The translations under genes were made by a program, and so were the position numbers. Below the pieces are notes generated by a model. It made no database searches. It was not told the DNA's origin and worked only from the letters and a program-made list of their open reading frames with translations. A stretch of 64,000 bases of DNA from Candidatus Saccharimonadota bacterium (lineage in GTDB: Bacteria; Patescibacteriota; Saccharimonadia; Saccharimonadales; JACDBH01), in NCBI GenBank assembly GCA_028289135.1, contig JAQGGW010000003.1, forward strand, positions 66,015 through 130,014. The letters are read 5' to 3'. How positions within the stretch are numbered: the first letter of the stretch is position 1; each line of letters begins with the position of its first letter. Positions 54,886-64,000 of this stretch are shown here, piece by piece.

Positions 54886-55626
54886 ATGCAGTATATTCTG
54901 TTGTTTGTTACAGGGCTTTTGGCCGGCGGGATAAATTCGATCGCTGGGGGCGGTATATTCGTTATTATTCCTGCCCTGCTTTTAAGCGGCCTGAACGGCA
55001 AACAGGCCGACGCCAGCAGTTCATTAGCGGTGTGGATTGGGCAGGTAACCAGCTTGTTCGAAAACCGCAAGCTGCTGCCCAAAAACTCTGTTTTAATGCG
55101 GCAGATTATTGGGACTGGCATCGTTGGCAGTGCTGCCGGCGCGCTGCTTTTAATCTGGACGCCCAACGTTAATTTTGAACATGCTTTGCCGTGGCTCAAC
55201 CTGGCCGCGACCGTTTTGTTTATGAGTGGGCCGTGGCTTAAAAAACGCATTGGCAACAAAAAAACTGCCCCTCGCTACGCCTTCCCCCTGTTTTTGCTAG
55301 TTATAAGCATTTACGGTGGCTACTTTGGCGGTGGTTTGGGCATGTTGGTACTAGCTGTTCTGGCAGTTTCGAACACCCAGGATATCCAGCATCAAAACAC
55401 CCTAAAACTCCTGCTCGCCAGCCTTATTAACGCCGTTGCACTAGGCGTGTTTTTGTTTACGCAGCTAATCGTCTGGCGCCTTGCCCTGCCCGCCGGTATT
55501 GGTGCCATGCTGGGCGGCTACGCCGGCGCCCGTTATAGCCGCCACCTCCCGAGCCGGACTGTAAGGAATTTGGTATTATGCATAGGAATTGCGACGACTA
55601 TTTATCTGTTTATAAGGTTCCGCTAG
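54886..55626 (+). CDS. TauE/SafE-family anion exporter
   Basis: 246 aa, 7-8 TM, Gly-rich helices typical of TauE/SafE. Confidence 0.65.
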   Translation: MQYILLFVTGLLAGGINSIAGGGIFVIIPALLLSGLNGKQADASSSLAVWIGQVTSLFENRKLLPKNSVLMRQIIGTGIVGSAAGALLLIWTPNVNFEHALPWLNLAATVLFMSGPWLKKRIGNKKTAPRYAFPLFLLVISIYGGYFGGGLGMLVLAVLAVSNTQDIQHQNTLKLLLASLINAVALGVFLFTQLIVWRLALPAGIGAMLGGYAGARYSRHLPSRTVRNLVLCIGIATTIYLFIRFR

Positions 55627-55629
55627 AAG

Positions 55630-55974
55630 CTAGCGGTTGTCGCCGCTGCCTCTTAAAACATCGCGTTCTTTGCGGCTAAAAAGCTTTTCAATATTTTGCG
55701 TGGCAACGTCTTCCAGCGAAATACCGAGGTAGGTAGAAACAACGCTGATGTACCACAGCACATCGCCTAGTTCTTTAGTCATGTCGGTTTTATCCTCTTT
55801 GCTCAAAACCCCGTTTTTGTCGCGGTAGATTTTTTTGAACTTGTCGGCAATCTCACCAGTCTCTCCCATAAGACCCAAAAGCTGAGCTAAAAAAGCGTGG
55901 GAATCAATCGGCTGTGGTTTGCCGCCAAACACGTCGGTGGTGATCGCTTTTGCTTGGTAGTCGTTAAAATCCAT
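55630..55974 (-). CDS. MazG-like nucleotide pyrophosphohydrolase
   Basis: ...LGLMGETGEIADKFKK...ELGDVLWY... EExxE/D pattern. Confidence 0.75.
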   Translation of the reverse strand: MDFNDYQAKAITTDVFGGKPQPIDSHAFLAQLLGLMGETGEIADKFKKIYRDKNGVLSKEDKTDMTKELGDVLWYISVVSTYLGISLEDVATQNIEKLFSRKERDVLRGSGDNR

Positions 55975-56013
55975 AAGTGCTCCAGTTTATAGTAGACAGT
56001 ATACAGCTTACTG

Positions 56014-58059
56014 TTACCTAAAAATGCCAATTGCAAACAGTGCCACGACAATTATTGCCGCAACCACCCAAACGGCGGGCTCGCTCGCGTAGCGAAGCAG
56101 GTTTTGGTGCTTTAAATGGTCTGGATGCATAACGGGTGGAATGCCCGCGCCAAGGCCTGATTCCTGCGGGCGAGAAGAATAGGTTTCGTCTGTGTATTTT
56201 TGATCAGAAGATGCAAATGAAGCCGCTGCCAAACCGCCAAGCTGTGCGGCCGGCGAACCAACGGCCGGGCCCATTTCACGGCGCGCGTCGGCATGGCTTC
56301 GGTCACCGCGGTGCTCATTAGTTCGGTCTTGTTGTTTATATGTCTCGGCATCATCAGCCCTAGCAGCAGCGTTGTCGTCCGTAAAAATTTCCTTGGCCTG
56401 CTCACGCCTAAATTCCTCGCCATAAGCCACTTCCGGGTCTTCGACCGGTTTGCCGGTTTTTTCGTCGATCTCTATTCGGTGCCAGGCGCTAGTTTCAACC
56501 CGCCGCCCTTGGCCAACTTGGTACATATCTTCGCTCACCGCTTGATCTTCGGGGTTAACCCTTGCCGCTTCAGCCTGGCTTCGTCTTGCTCTTTCGGCGG
56601 CAAAACCCCGAGCCGTCGGATGCGTACTGCGCTCCACCGCTGTTAACGCGGCTTTGGTAGCGGCCACTTCAAGCACTTCGGCAGCCTTTTCGGCCGCCCG
56701 GGCCTTTTCTCTGGAGCTGCCAAGGGGTAAAACCTCCACAACAGATCGGACTAGCTGTTTTTCGACAGATTTAAGAGGCCGTTCTCGTTTAAAAGCTTGT
56801 GTAAGCGACTCCTTTGGCACTTGTGACGCATTTGCAGGGGCTACAGGTGGTGTTGACCTCTTATCCTGCATATCTACTAACCGTTCTTGATTGGTTTTGA
56901 GGGCCTCCATGCGCATCGCAGCAGCGTTTTGCTCGGTTTTTAAGGAGTTAATCTGCTTTTCTTTAGCATTTAGATCTTTTTTAAAACCTCGTGCCTGCTT
57001 TTTTTTGCCATGGCGGCCAATCAGCCAGCCAAATAATAGCCCTGTCAGCACTCCTCTGCGGGTACCTTCACGTCGGCCTTGATACTCGGCGTCTGCCAGC
57101 GCCCTGGCTCGGTCGCGATCGGCGGCCGCGGCGTTATACCACGGGCTTGGCGCACCGCCTCCGCCTCCACCACTCCAGCCCCCACCGCCACCACCACCTC
57201 CTCCGGAACGATAATAATGCGTCGTTGTAACTGGTGGCTCGGGCGGTTCCCCGGCGTCACCTGCCGCTGTCGGCGGTTCAATTTCAGGCGGCTCGGGCGG
57301 GCCTTCGCTTTCCAGACCGCTTTCGATTAATTCTGGCTCAACCGGCCCTGCTTCCTCTTCAGGCTCTTCACCCTCGGCCTCGGGAGCTAGCGGGATTTCG
57401 GCAAATTCTTCGTCCTCATGTTCTGATTCTGGGCGCACTTCGCCGCTCGACGCATGAACGGCGTTACTAGCAGGCAAGTCCTCTTCTTCCCAGTCAGCGT
57501 TTTCAAGCGTGGCATCAGCAACTGGTTCTTCGTGGTTTTTAGGATGCTTGGGATGTTTCGCTTCTGCGGGTTCCGTTGCCGAAGGTTCAGCCGGTTCAGT
57601 AGGCTCATCGGTTTTAACAGCCTCGGCAGCTGGTTTGTTAGCATTAAAATCTGGCAGTTTAGAATCCGGATCAAAGCCAACTTCGTCGTCGTTCAGCTTG
57701 CCTGTGTCATCTGCCAGAGATGCTTCGCTTACTTCTTTGGGTCCTTGTTCGTTTTCGTCGGCGGTTTCTTTTTCGCCGTTTGATTTGCTGCCAAGTTTTG
57801 CCTCGGTGGTTGTCCCGGCTTTTTCGGGCTTGGCGCCAATACTTTCCAGCAGCCTATCCGAAATGCTAAGTCTTGGCTTTTCGTGTTTTTCTTGGGCCTT
57901 TTCGGCGGCCTTAACTTTTTCAATGCTTATGCCGGGCGCATGTCGCGGTGCTGGCTTTTCTAGTTTTTCATTATCATCATCGTCGTCATCTTTTAAAGAT
58001 TCCGCTTTGGCTGCAGCGGCTCGATCTTCTTCACTTGTGTTACGCGGGCTGTTTTCCAT
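56014..58059 (-). CDS. Large acidic low-complexity protein with poly-Gly tract and C-terminal TM
   Basis: 681 aa; E/P/A-rich; SGGGGGGGGWSGGGGGG; internal TM and C-terminal TM. Confidence 0.55.
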   Translation of the reverse strand: MENSPRNTSEEDRAAAAKAESLKDDDDDDNEKLEKPAPRHAPGISIEKVKAAEKAQEKHEKPRLSISDRLLESIGAKPEKAGTTTEAKLGSKSNGEKETADENEQGPKEVSEASLADDTGKLNDDEVGFDPDSKLPDFNANKPAAEAVKTDEPTEPAEPSATEPAEAKHPKHPKNHEEPVADATLENADWEEEDLPASNAVHASSGEVRPESEHEDEEFAEIPLAPEAEGEEPEEEAGPVEPELIESGLESEGPPEPPEIEPPTAAGDAGEPPEPPVTTTHYYRSGGGGGGGGGWSGGGGGGAPSPWYNAAAADRDRARALADAEYQGRREGTRRGVLTGLLFGWLIGRHGKKKQARGFKKDLNAKEKQINSLKTEQNAAAMRMEALKTNQERLVDMQDKRSTPPVAPANASQVPKESLTQAFKRERPLKSVEKQLVRSVVEVLPLGSSREKARAAEKAAEVLEVAATKAALTAVERSTHPTARGFAAERARRSQAEAARVNPEDQAVSEDMYQVGQGRRVETSAWHRIEIDEKTGKPVEDPEVAYGEEFRREQAKEIFTDDNAAARADDAETYKQQDRTNEHRGDRSHADARREMGPAVGSPAAQLGGLAAASFASSDQKYTDETYSSRPQESGLGAGIPPVMHPDHLKHQNLLRYASEPAVWVVAAIIVVALFAIGIFR

Positions 58060-58065
58060 AATTTG

Positions 58066-58701
58066 TTACAGTTCGGTTGGCTGCCCGTCCACCATTTTAA
58101 GAAACGTTATGCCCTGGCTCTTAAAATAGCCTTCCAGCCGTTCGTAGGTGTCGTGTTTCCACTGTTCGTTCCACATCCAGTCGTGGATCGGAATAATAAA
58201 TTTTGGTTTAAGCTCATCCGCTAGCCACACGGCTTCGATAGTTGACCCCCAAGGCGCGTCAACAGGAAGCGCAAGGATTTCTTTGGTAGCGCTAAAGTGA
58301 TGGCTGTCGCCTGGGTGTGATAGTTTGCCCATAAAATGCACGCCAATATTTTGCGCCATCGGCAATAGTGCCAGCGGAGCCATGCTTTCGTGGGCGGCTT
58401 CGAACAATTCAACCGTATCGTCGGGTGTTGACTGAGCGGTTATGCCTTTTTCTTGCAGCGCGGCCACAACTTCAGGGGTAGTAATAATCCGGACATCAGG
58501 GAATTTGGCTACCAGCTCCCCTACAAAATCCTCAGAAAAATGATCGGCGTGCGAGTGGGTAATGATAATCCTGTCAAGACGGGGCATGTTTTGAATGTCC
58601 AGCAGTTTGGCTGCATAGCTCATTGCGCCGGGGTCAAAAAGCGTAACGTCATTTTCAGATTCTATAAGCAGGCAGGAGTGAGCGAATTTTGTTATTTTCA
58701 T
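58066..58701 (-). CDS. MBL-fold metallo-hydrolase
   Basis: HSHADH motif. Confidence 0.8.
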   Translation of the reverse strand: MKITKFAHSCLLIESENDVTLFDPGAMSYAAKLLDIQNMPRLDRIIITHSHADHFSEDFVGELVAKFPDVRIITTPEVVAALQEKGITAQSTPDDTVELFEAAHESMAPLALLPMAQNIGVHFMGKLSHPGDSHHFSATKEILALPVDAPWGSTIEAVWLADELKPKFIIPIHDWMWNEQWKHDTYERLEGYFKSQGITFLKMVDGQPTEL

Positions 58702-58729
58702 ACGCTTATTATACCCCTGTTTGTGCAGT

Positions 58730-59392
58730 CTATAAACCGAGTGTCGTGTCGTTTAGATTACTTTGGTCGTAATCTTTGGTGTCATCGAGTTTTTTTAAGG
58801 ATGTATCGATTGAAGTGTTGGCAGCGTCCGGTGTGCTCGTGGCGACAGAAGCGGTTGGGGTGGTGGAAGCCGCGGATTTTTTAGGCGCATCTTTTTTGAC
58901 AAAGGCAAAGTAGGCAACGACGCCAAGGGCAAGCACAACAAGGATGATTATGGCGACTACTGCCGTCATTGGGCCGCGGGGTTTTTTGATGGCGGTCGCG
59001 GCACTGGGCGCATGGCTTTCTGGAGCGACGGGCTCGGTGGCTGGCTGCGGCTCCATGCCGTCAACGGGCGGTGTTACTGGATCGGTGCTGCTGGCTGGTT
59101 CGGTTTCTGGTGTTGCAGGCGCTGGGTCTGGAGCGACGGTTTCCTGTTCGGGTGCTGGCTCCACGACTTCTGGGGTTTCGGATGGTGCTACAGCAGGGGC
59201 TTCTTCTGTGGGCGCATCCGGGACATCCTCGGTTGGAGTTTCCGTAGGGCTTTCTTCAGTACCTGCTTCTGTTTCAGGCATAGCGCTGTTTTCTGAGGTT
59301 GTTTCCTCGGGCGTAGACTCTGATGAAGTTGCCTCTTGGGGTGTTGTAGGTTCAGCGGATTCTGTTTCTGTGGTTGGTTTAATTTCGTCCAT
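58730..59392 (-). CDS. Pro/Thr/Glu-rich single-TM protein
   Basis: 220 aa low complexity plus a TM helix. Confidence 0.45.
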   Translation of the reverse strand: MDEIKPTTETESAEPTTPQEATSSESTPEETTSENSAMPETEAGTEESPTETPTEDVPDAPTEEAPAVAPSETPEVVEPAPEQETVAPDPAPATPETEPASSTDPVTPPVDGMEPQPATEPVAPESHAPSAATAIKKPRGPMTAVVAIIILVVLALGVVAYFAFVKKDAPKKSAASTTPTASVATSTPDAANTSIDTSLKKLDDTKDYDQSNLNDTTLGL

Positions 59393-59413
59393 AGTTATTG
59401 TCTCCTAAATGAC

Positions 59414-60127
59414 CTAGCTCTTAAGTTTAGCTTTGAGTGCGTTTAAAGTTACCTTTACCGTGTCATTTAGGTAGCTGCGGATGGTTTTGGCGGCGTTAAA
59501 CACTGCAAGCTGGTCTGTCCGGGCGGCTTCCAAAGCTGCCTTAAAGGCAGTTGGGTCGGTCTTGCAGTCCATCTGGCCAAGGTCAGAAAGTGCTTGCTGG
59601 TAGGTGGTATTCGCGGTTTTAAAGCTGACAATTTTAGCTTGCAGCTCGCTGATGTTTGACTGGAGGGCGGTAATGTCTACATCTTGGGCGGAAGCTGCCG
59701 AAACAACACCTTGGAGGTCACTGATAATTTTGTCGTAGGTAGTTTCACGCGCGGTGGTAATAGCGTCGTTGCTGGTAGTTTTGCCTTTTACTACTCCCTG
59801 GGCAGCTACACAGCGCGTAGCTATCCGGGTTTTAACTTCTGTGGTCAATGTTTCTTTCAATTCCTTTTTGTAGGTTTCAAGGCGCGAGCTGCGGCCGGAG
59901 TCTTCGGTGGTTGTGGTTGTTGAATCATCGCTTTTTGTAGTAGTCGTGCTTTTACCTTTATTGTCGGTGCTAGTTGTAGTTGTAGGCGTGGTGGAGTCAT
60001 CGGAATTACTTGTAACTTTATTTTCAGCTTGCATAAACGCTGTGCCCATCGCGTGTACAGCCACTGGCGCGGCAAGTGAAAACATCATACTAAAAGACAT
60101 GACTAAATAGATAAGTTTTTTCTTCAT
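59414..60127 (-). CDS. Secreted Thr-rich/coiled-coil hypothetical protein
   Basis: Start at ATG 60127 (MKKKLIYLVMSFSMMFSLAAPVAVHA signal peptide). Confidence 0.5.
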   Translation of the reverse strand: MKKKLIYLVMSFSMMFSLAAPVAVHAMGTAFMQAENKVTSNSDDSTTPTTTTSTDNKGKSTTTTKSDDSTTTTTEDSGRSSRLETYKKELKETLTTEVKTRIATRCVAAQGVVKGKTTSNDAITTARETTYDKIISDLQGVVSAASAQDVDITALQSNISELQAKIVSFKTANTTYQQALSDLGQMDCKTDPTAFKAALEAARTDQLAVFNAAKTIRSYLNDTVKVTLNALKAKLKS

Positions 60128-60238
60128 AGATCTATTGTACAACATAAGCATTATTAACATAAAAAAATGGGCGTTTTATCCATACTACAAGACTTCGTCG
60201 CGATGTTTTGGGATTCAACAGGACTATACTGGTTATAA

Positions 60239-61078
60239 ATGATACCGTGGCTAATCCGCTCCCTTAAACGTCTGCTGGTCTTTTTGACCGGTGTAGTTGT
60301 AGTGTATCTGGCGGTTTGGAAGTTTTTTCCATTTTTTGACCACCGAGTTCCGGTTGCCTTCGCGCTACTGGCAACGTATTTGTTTACGGCCTATATTTTT
60401 ATACCATCAGGAATACGTTTGTTCAGGCTGTTTTTTGTTCCCAACCACATCCCGCTTTACTGCGTGACCCCTGATGGTTTTGCTAGCGACCCGATTAATA
60501 TTGGCATTATCGGCACCCGCGAACAGATTATTAGTGCCATGAAAGACTCAGGCTGGTCGATGCCCGACAAAAAGAACCTCCAGTCTTTAATAAAAGTTTT
60601 AAATGCCATAATCCGCCGCCGGTCCTACCCAAACACGCCGTTTAGCCAGCTATATTTGTTTGGCCGCAAACAAGACCTGGGCTTTGCGCTGCCGATTGAA
60701 GGAACTTCGACCAACCGCCATCACGTGAGGTTTTGGGCCTGCCACCTGGATGGCCCGGAAGCTTTCCACGAACATGTCCGCTTTTATAGGCGTTTTCATC
60801 GCCCGGTAAATAAGCTTGACGGCCGCCAGCTGTGGGTTGGAGCAGCCAGCAAGGACATCGGCCTAATTCCTATCCGGCATAACGCCCAGATAACGCATAT
60901 GATTGACCCTGACACCGACAGCGAGCGCGATGTTATCGTAGACAGCTTGCGGGCCTCGCATAGTCTTGAGCACACCAGCACCGTTAAAGTAGGCGCGCCT
61001 TATGAGCTGCGCAACCGGACAATTGGCGGCTTTTTAAAAAGCGACGGCAAGATGCGCATTTGTATCTTAAAAAGATAA
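60239..61078 (+). CDS. LssY C-terminal domain-like membrane protein
   Basis: 2 N-terminal TM helices; DPINIGIIG...NRHHVRFW...WVGAASKD pattern. Confidence 0.55.
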   Translation: MIPWLIRSLKRLLVFLTGVVVVYLAVWKFFPFFDHRVPVAFALLATYLFTAYIFIPSGIRLFRLFFVPNHIPLYCVTPDGFASDPINIGIIGTREQIISAMKDSGWSMPDKKNLQSLIKVLNAIIRRRSYPNTPFSQLYLFGRKQDLGFALPIEGTSTNRHHVRFWACHLDGPEAFHEHVRFYRRFHRPVNKLDGRQLWVGAASKDIGLIPIRHNAQITHMIDPDTDSERDVIVDSLRASHSLEHTSTVKVGAPYELRNRTIGGFLKSDGKMRICILKR

Positions 61079-61085
61079 CTTATTT

Positions 61086-61334
61086 TTAGGCTTTTTTGGA
61101 GGCTAAGTAGGTAAAAACCGCGCCAAGGCCGATGAGTTCAAGCAGCATGGAAATAAATACCGTTCCCATGTCCCGCTTGTCGCTGTATGCGCCGGCAATC
61201 ACTGCCACCGAGCTTGTGAGCAGCAGCAAATGCATCAGCCAGCCCTGCACAGTCATCGGCAAATAGCTGCCGCGAACCGGCACAAACCACGCGCCTTTTT
61301 TAAGCTTTGGTAGTTTTTTATTCCAATGTTTCAT
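61086..61334 (-). CDS. Small membrane protein, 82 aa
   Basis: Start at ATG 61334, 1 nt after the upstream stop. Confidence 0.45.
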   Translation of the reverse strand: MKHWNKKLPKLKKGAWFVPVRGSYLPMTVQGWLMHLLLLTSSVAVIAGAYSDKRDMGTVFISMLLELIGLGAVFTYLASKKA

Positions 61335-61335
61335 T

Positions 61336-63444
61336 TTAGTAATAATACCACCTACCGATTCCATCGATGTCATTTACATCCTGGATCTTTTTGGCGTCGC
61401 CGCCCTGCACATTCACCACATAATCAGCTGTCTGCTGGCCGTCGTTTACCCTAAACACCGCGTACTGGTCGTTGAGCCAGAAAACTGGGATTTTTATGCC
61501 GGTCAAAGAGGCTAGTGAAGTGTCTTTTTTTGACGTCTTGTCATAGCTCATCAGCACACTCTTATTATTTGCGTTATCAACCCACAAGCTTTTGCCGTTG
61601 CCATAGCCTTCAATATATAGCCTGTTGGTCGTCGAAGGAGCTTTAGTGGCGGCCAGAGTATTTGGAGCGGCGCCGATTTTATAAGAGTAATATTCGCCAG
61701 AAGCGTTGATTGTCACAGTGTCGTAGTCGGTTCGGAAAATGTTAAAAGTTTCTTTGGAAGTAATCGTAACCGAGCCAGTGCCGTCGGCGCCAACAATAAA
61801 TAAGCCCGGGCTTGGGTTGTCGGCCAGTGCGTTCGACGGTGCGTACAAAATTTTGTCCCCAGCCATCAAAACGTCATTAAATGCATTGGCGCTGGCAATT
61901 TCTTTAACATCGCTGGCGTTTTTAGAATTTACGGTAATTAGGCGGTAGCGCTTTGGATTCGCGCCGCTGGCTCCTGCCGCGATTTTTACGTAGACCAAAT
62001 GGCCATCGCTTGCCCAGCCAACTAGCTGGATCTGTTCGGACTGGTCAATTTTGGCCAAGACTCCGGTTTTTGTATCAATTAAATACAGCGTGCTGAGCAA
62101 ATAGCCGTCGCTGTTACGGGCATTTTCACGGGTTGCAACATAGGCCGCGAGGTCACCATTTTGCTGCACTACCAAAGTTTGGTCAGGACGTTCAATCCCC
62201 GTGCCGGTAACAAGCTTCTTTTCGTTTTTGCCGTCAACGTCAATGGTGTAAATATCATAAGTACCCGAGCGCTTAGAAACAAAAACGTCCTTGCGGTTGG
62301 TCACCATTTTTGCGCTATTCGTCTCTTTGTTGCTGGCCGTGATCTTTAGCGTTTCGTCGCGGTAGCTGGCGGCTACAATCTTGATGCTCAGCTCGTCGGT
62401 GTCGGCCTTGCCGCTGGTGTCGAGCGAAAGTACAATCTTGCCGTTTTTATCAGACACGGCATCGCCCTCGCCGCTTGTTGCCTCTGCTTTTTCAATCGGT
62501 TTGCCGCTCAGAAAATCGGTAACTATAAATGTGTACTGCGTCCCGGATGCGTCCAGTTTTTCTAAACCCTGCGGATTGCTGCCCCAGCCCAAAACTAAAG
62601 GCTTAGAGATGGTGGTAAACGCCCGCTTCGATATCTGAATTGTTTGGTTGCCAAGTTTTAGGTGGTCGAGTTTGGCAAAGCCTTTACTGTCGGTCGCGGC
62701 TGTGATCGCGCCCACCCGGACGGTGACATTTTTAAGCGGCTGCTGAGTGGAACTGTCCACAACTGTAATGCCTAAGGACGAGCGGGCACCGGCTGTATTA
62801 AGCACAAAATAACGGCTGGCGGGCACAACTGCAGCCGCAAGAAGCAGCAAGATTATACCAATAATAATGCCCCAGCGAGCAGCCGGGCGGGCCCACAAAG
62901 CGCGCATAAAATCTTTAAAACCGCGCTTTTTCTTTGGCGGCGATTCGGTACCTTCAACTTTTTTATCTTCTGCCTCAAGCACCGTGTCACCCTCGTGCGC
63001 TACAATATCATCAACCGCGCTAGCAACTTTTGGATCGTCAGCCGCCACTCCATCGCCGTCAACTTGTGCCGCGCCAGCCTCGGGTTTGGTGATCGAATCA
63101 AGCCAGGCTTCCGACTCGGCAGGCGATGGCTCAACCAGAAGATGCTCGGCCTGCTCTTCGACCGCTTTGGAATCCAAGTTATCGACCGTGGCTTTTAGCG
63201 ACTCATTTACTTCTGTGGCGGCCTTTGAAACTTTGCTTACCGGCGGGGCAGTTGGAGGTTCGGGCTTTACCTCGGGCTTGGGGGCCGGCTTTTCGACCGG
63301 TTTTTCTATCGGTTCAACCGGTGGTTCCGGTTCTTTAACTTCCTCGTTTTTTGTCTCGTCCGGCAATGGCCCCATCAATTCCCTGATGCGTTTCATATCA
63401 ACGCCATCTGGCGCCGGGACATCAACATTTTTGGGTTTCTTCAT
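61336..63444 (-). CDS. Single-TM protein with carboxypeptidase-regulatory-like domains and a beta-propeller (TolB/PD40-like) ectodomain
   Basis: Pro/Glu-rich cytoplasmic N-terminus, TM, ITVVDSSTQQPLKNVTVRV-type Ig-like repeats, repetitive beta-strand C-terminal half. Start at ATG 63444. Confidence 0.55.
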   Translation of the reverse strand: MKKPKNVDVPAPDGVDMKRIRELMGPLPDETKNEEVKEPEPPVEPIEKPVEKPAPKPEVKPEPPTAPPVSKVSKAATEVNESLKATVDNLDSKAVEEQAEHLLVEPSPAESEAWLDSITKPEAGAAQVDGDGVAADDPKVASAVDDIVAHEGDTVLEAEDKKVEGTESPPKKKRGFKDFMRALWARPAARWGIIIGIILLLLAAAVVPASRYFVLNTAGARSSLGITVVDSSTQQPLKNVTVRVGAITAATDSKGFAKLDHLKLGNQTIQISKRAFTTISKPLVLGWGSNPQGLEKLDASGTQYTFIVTDFLSGKPIEKAEATSGEGDAVSDKNGKIVLSLDTSGKADTDELSIKIVAASYRDETLKITASNKETNSAKMVTNRKDVFVSKRSGTYDIYTIDVDGKNEKKLVTGTGIERPDQTLVVQQNGDLAAYVATRENARNSDGYLLSTLYLIDTKTGVLAKIDQSEQIQLVGWASDGHLVYVKIAAGASGANPKRYRLITVNSKNASDVKEIASANAFNDVLMAGDKILYAPSNALADNPSPGLFIVGADGTGSVTITSKETFNIFRTDYDTVTINASGEYYSYKIGAAPNTLAATKAPSTTNRLYIEGYGNGKSLWVDNANNKSVLMSYDKTSKKDTSLASLTGIKIPVFWLNDQYAVFRVNDGQQTADYVVNVQGGDAKKIQDVNDIDGIGRWYYY

Positions 63445-63567
63445 ATCTGTTACCTTACCGCTGGTTTTTAGGCTAATTTCTAACCATAAGCATAACAAAA
63501 TTGAGCTTACGAGGCTACCATCAAGACCAAAGTCCGGTCTTAAAAATCATAACTGGTTACGGCTGTA

Positions 63568-64000
63568 CTATTTTTTGCCGCGCTTGGAGCGTGGGACTTT
63601 TTTCTTGCCCTGTGGTCGGACAACGGTCACTTTTGGCATTGTTACAGGTGCGGCTTTATCTGTTTTGTCGGTTTTCTCTTCTTTTTCAGCTTTTGCTGGC
63701 TTGCCGGCCTTTTCAGCTTTTTCTTCAACCGGTTCAGGACGCTTCATTACCCATTTAAATACCGAGCTGGCGATCATAATCAAGACCAAAGAGGCTACAA
63801 CGATAAATACCCACATGAGTGCAAGCGAACCGCCGTGGATCGAGCTTTGCTTAATTGGCTGGCCGGTTTGCACAACACTAATCGGGTGGCTCTGGGTTAA
63901 ACTGTCGGTGCCGGCGCTTTGCTGGAAAGAGCCTGAGTTGCTACCGTTAACGTCTCCATTCGCGCTTTGCGGGTTACTGGTTCCATCGGCATTTTGAACT
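63568..64000 (-). CDS. Hypothetical single-TM Lys-rich protein; reading frame stays open to the right edge (5' end probably outside the window)
   Basis: The track ORF starts at GTG 63873, but the frame has no stop upstream through 63999 (...NADGTSNPQSANGDVNGSNSGSFQQSAGTDSLTQSHPISVVQTGQP...). Confidence 0.45.
   Translation of the reverse strand, partial: VQNADGTSNPQSANGDVNGSNSGSFQQSAGTDSLTQSHPISVVQTGQPIKQSSIHGGSLALMWVFIVVASLVLIMIASSVFKWVMKRPEPVEEKAEKAGKPAKAEKEEKTDKTDKAAPVTMPKVTVVRPQGKKKVPRSKRGKK

Noticed and set aside
62867-63997. 376-aa plus-strand ORF, and similar long antisense ORFs such as 57509-58129, 3398-4072, 1612-2205, 40611-41096 and 47695-48390
   Set aside because: They lie entirely antisense to much better supported minus-strand genes (FtsH, MurJ, MFS, Dus, propeller protein). 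Their translations are Ser/Ala/Gly/Arg-biased low-complexity with no motifs. These are shadow ORFs.

Overview
Gene-dense (~90% coding), compact bacterial chromosome segment that reads normally with the standard genetic code. By inference it looks like a reduced-genome Patescibacteria/CPR (Saccharibacteria-like) organism: RRM-type RNA-binding protein, type IV pilin-like genes, many small membrane-anchored low-complexity proteins, patchy metabolism. Recognisable housekeeping genes include lepA (partial), murJ, ftsH, tilS, a DnaQ-like exonuclease, dus, ftsB/divIC, a murC-like ligase, purE/purK, a PurM-like gene, argG/argH, pip, two ABC-2 exporter pairs and an MFS pump. All three CAU-anticodon tRNAs are present (elongator Met, initiator fMet, probable Ile2). 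I saw no rRNA, CRISPR array, transposase, integrase or phage gene. Best hunt results: (1) two diverged copies of a ~120-nt structured element (15955-16073 and 51058-51178) whose helices are preserved by about 10 compensatory base-pair changes, with G-U pairs that fit only the + strand, so an unclassified ncRNA or a hairpin-targeting mini mobile element; (2) a textbook 1:2/2:3/3:4 leader-peptide attenuator with an Arg-rich 15-aa peptide (MVHNYISQSSRRTRI) upstream of the GNAT-like/argG/argH operon, apparently on a leaderless transcript; (3) an SD-sequestering 11-bp long-range helix in the leader of the RRM protein gene; (4) a structured leader starting at the predicted TSS upstream of an unknown-enzyme/RidA operon; (5) a three-gene flavinylation/transmembrane electron-transfer module; (6) a SipW/TasA-like pair; (7) a cupin/adenylating-enzyme/Acg-nitroreductase cluster; (8) an interrupted argH; (9) a 27-nt duplication of a tRNA 3' end. 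All family assignments come from motif recognition by eye. No database search was run.
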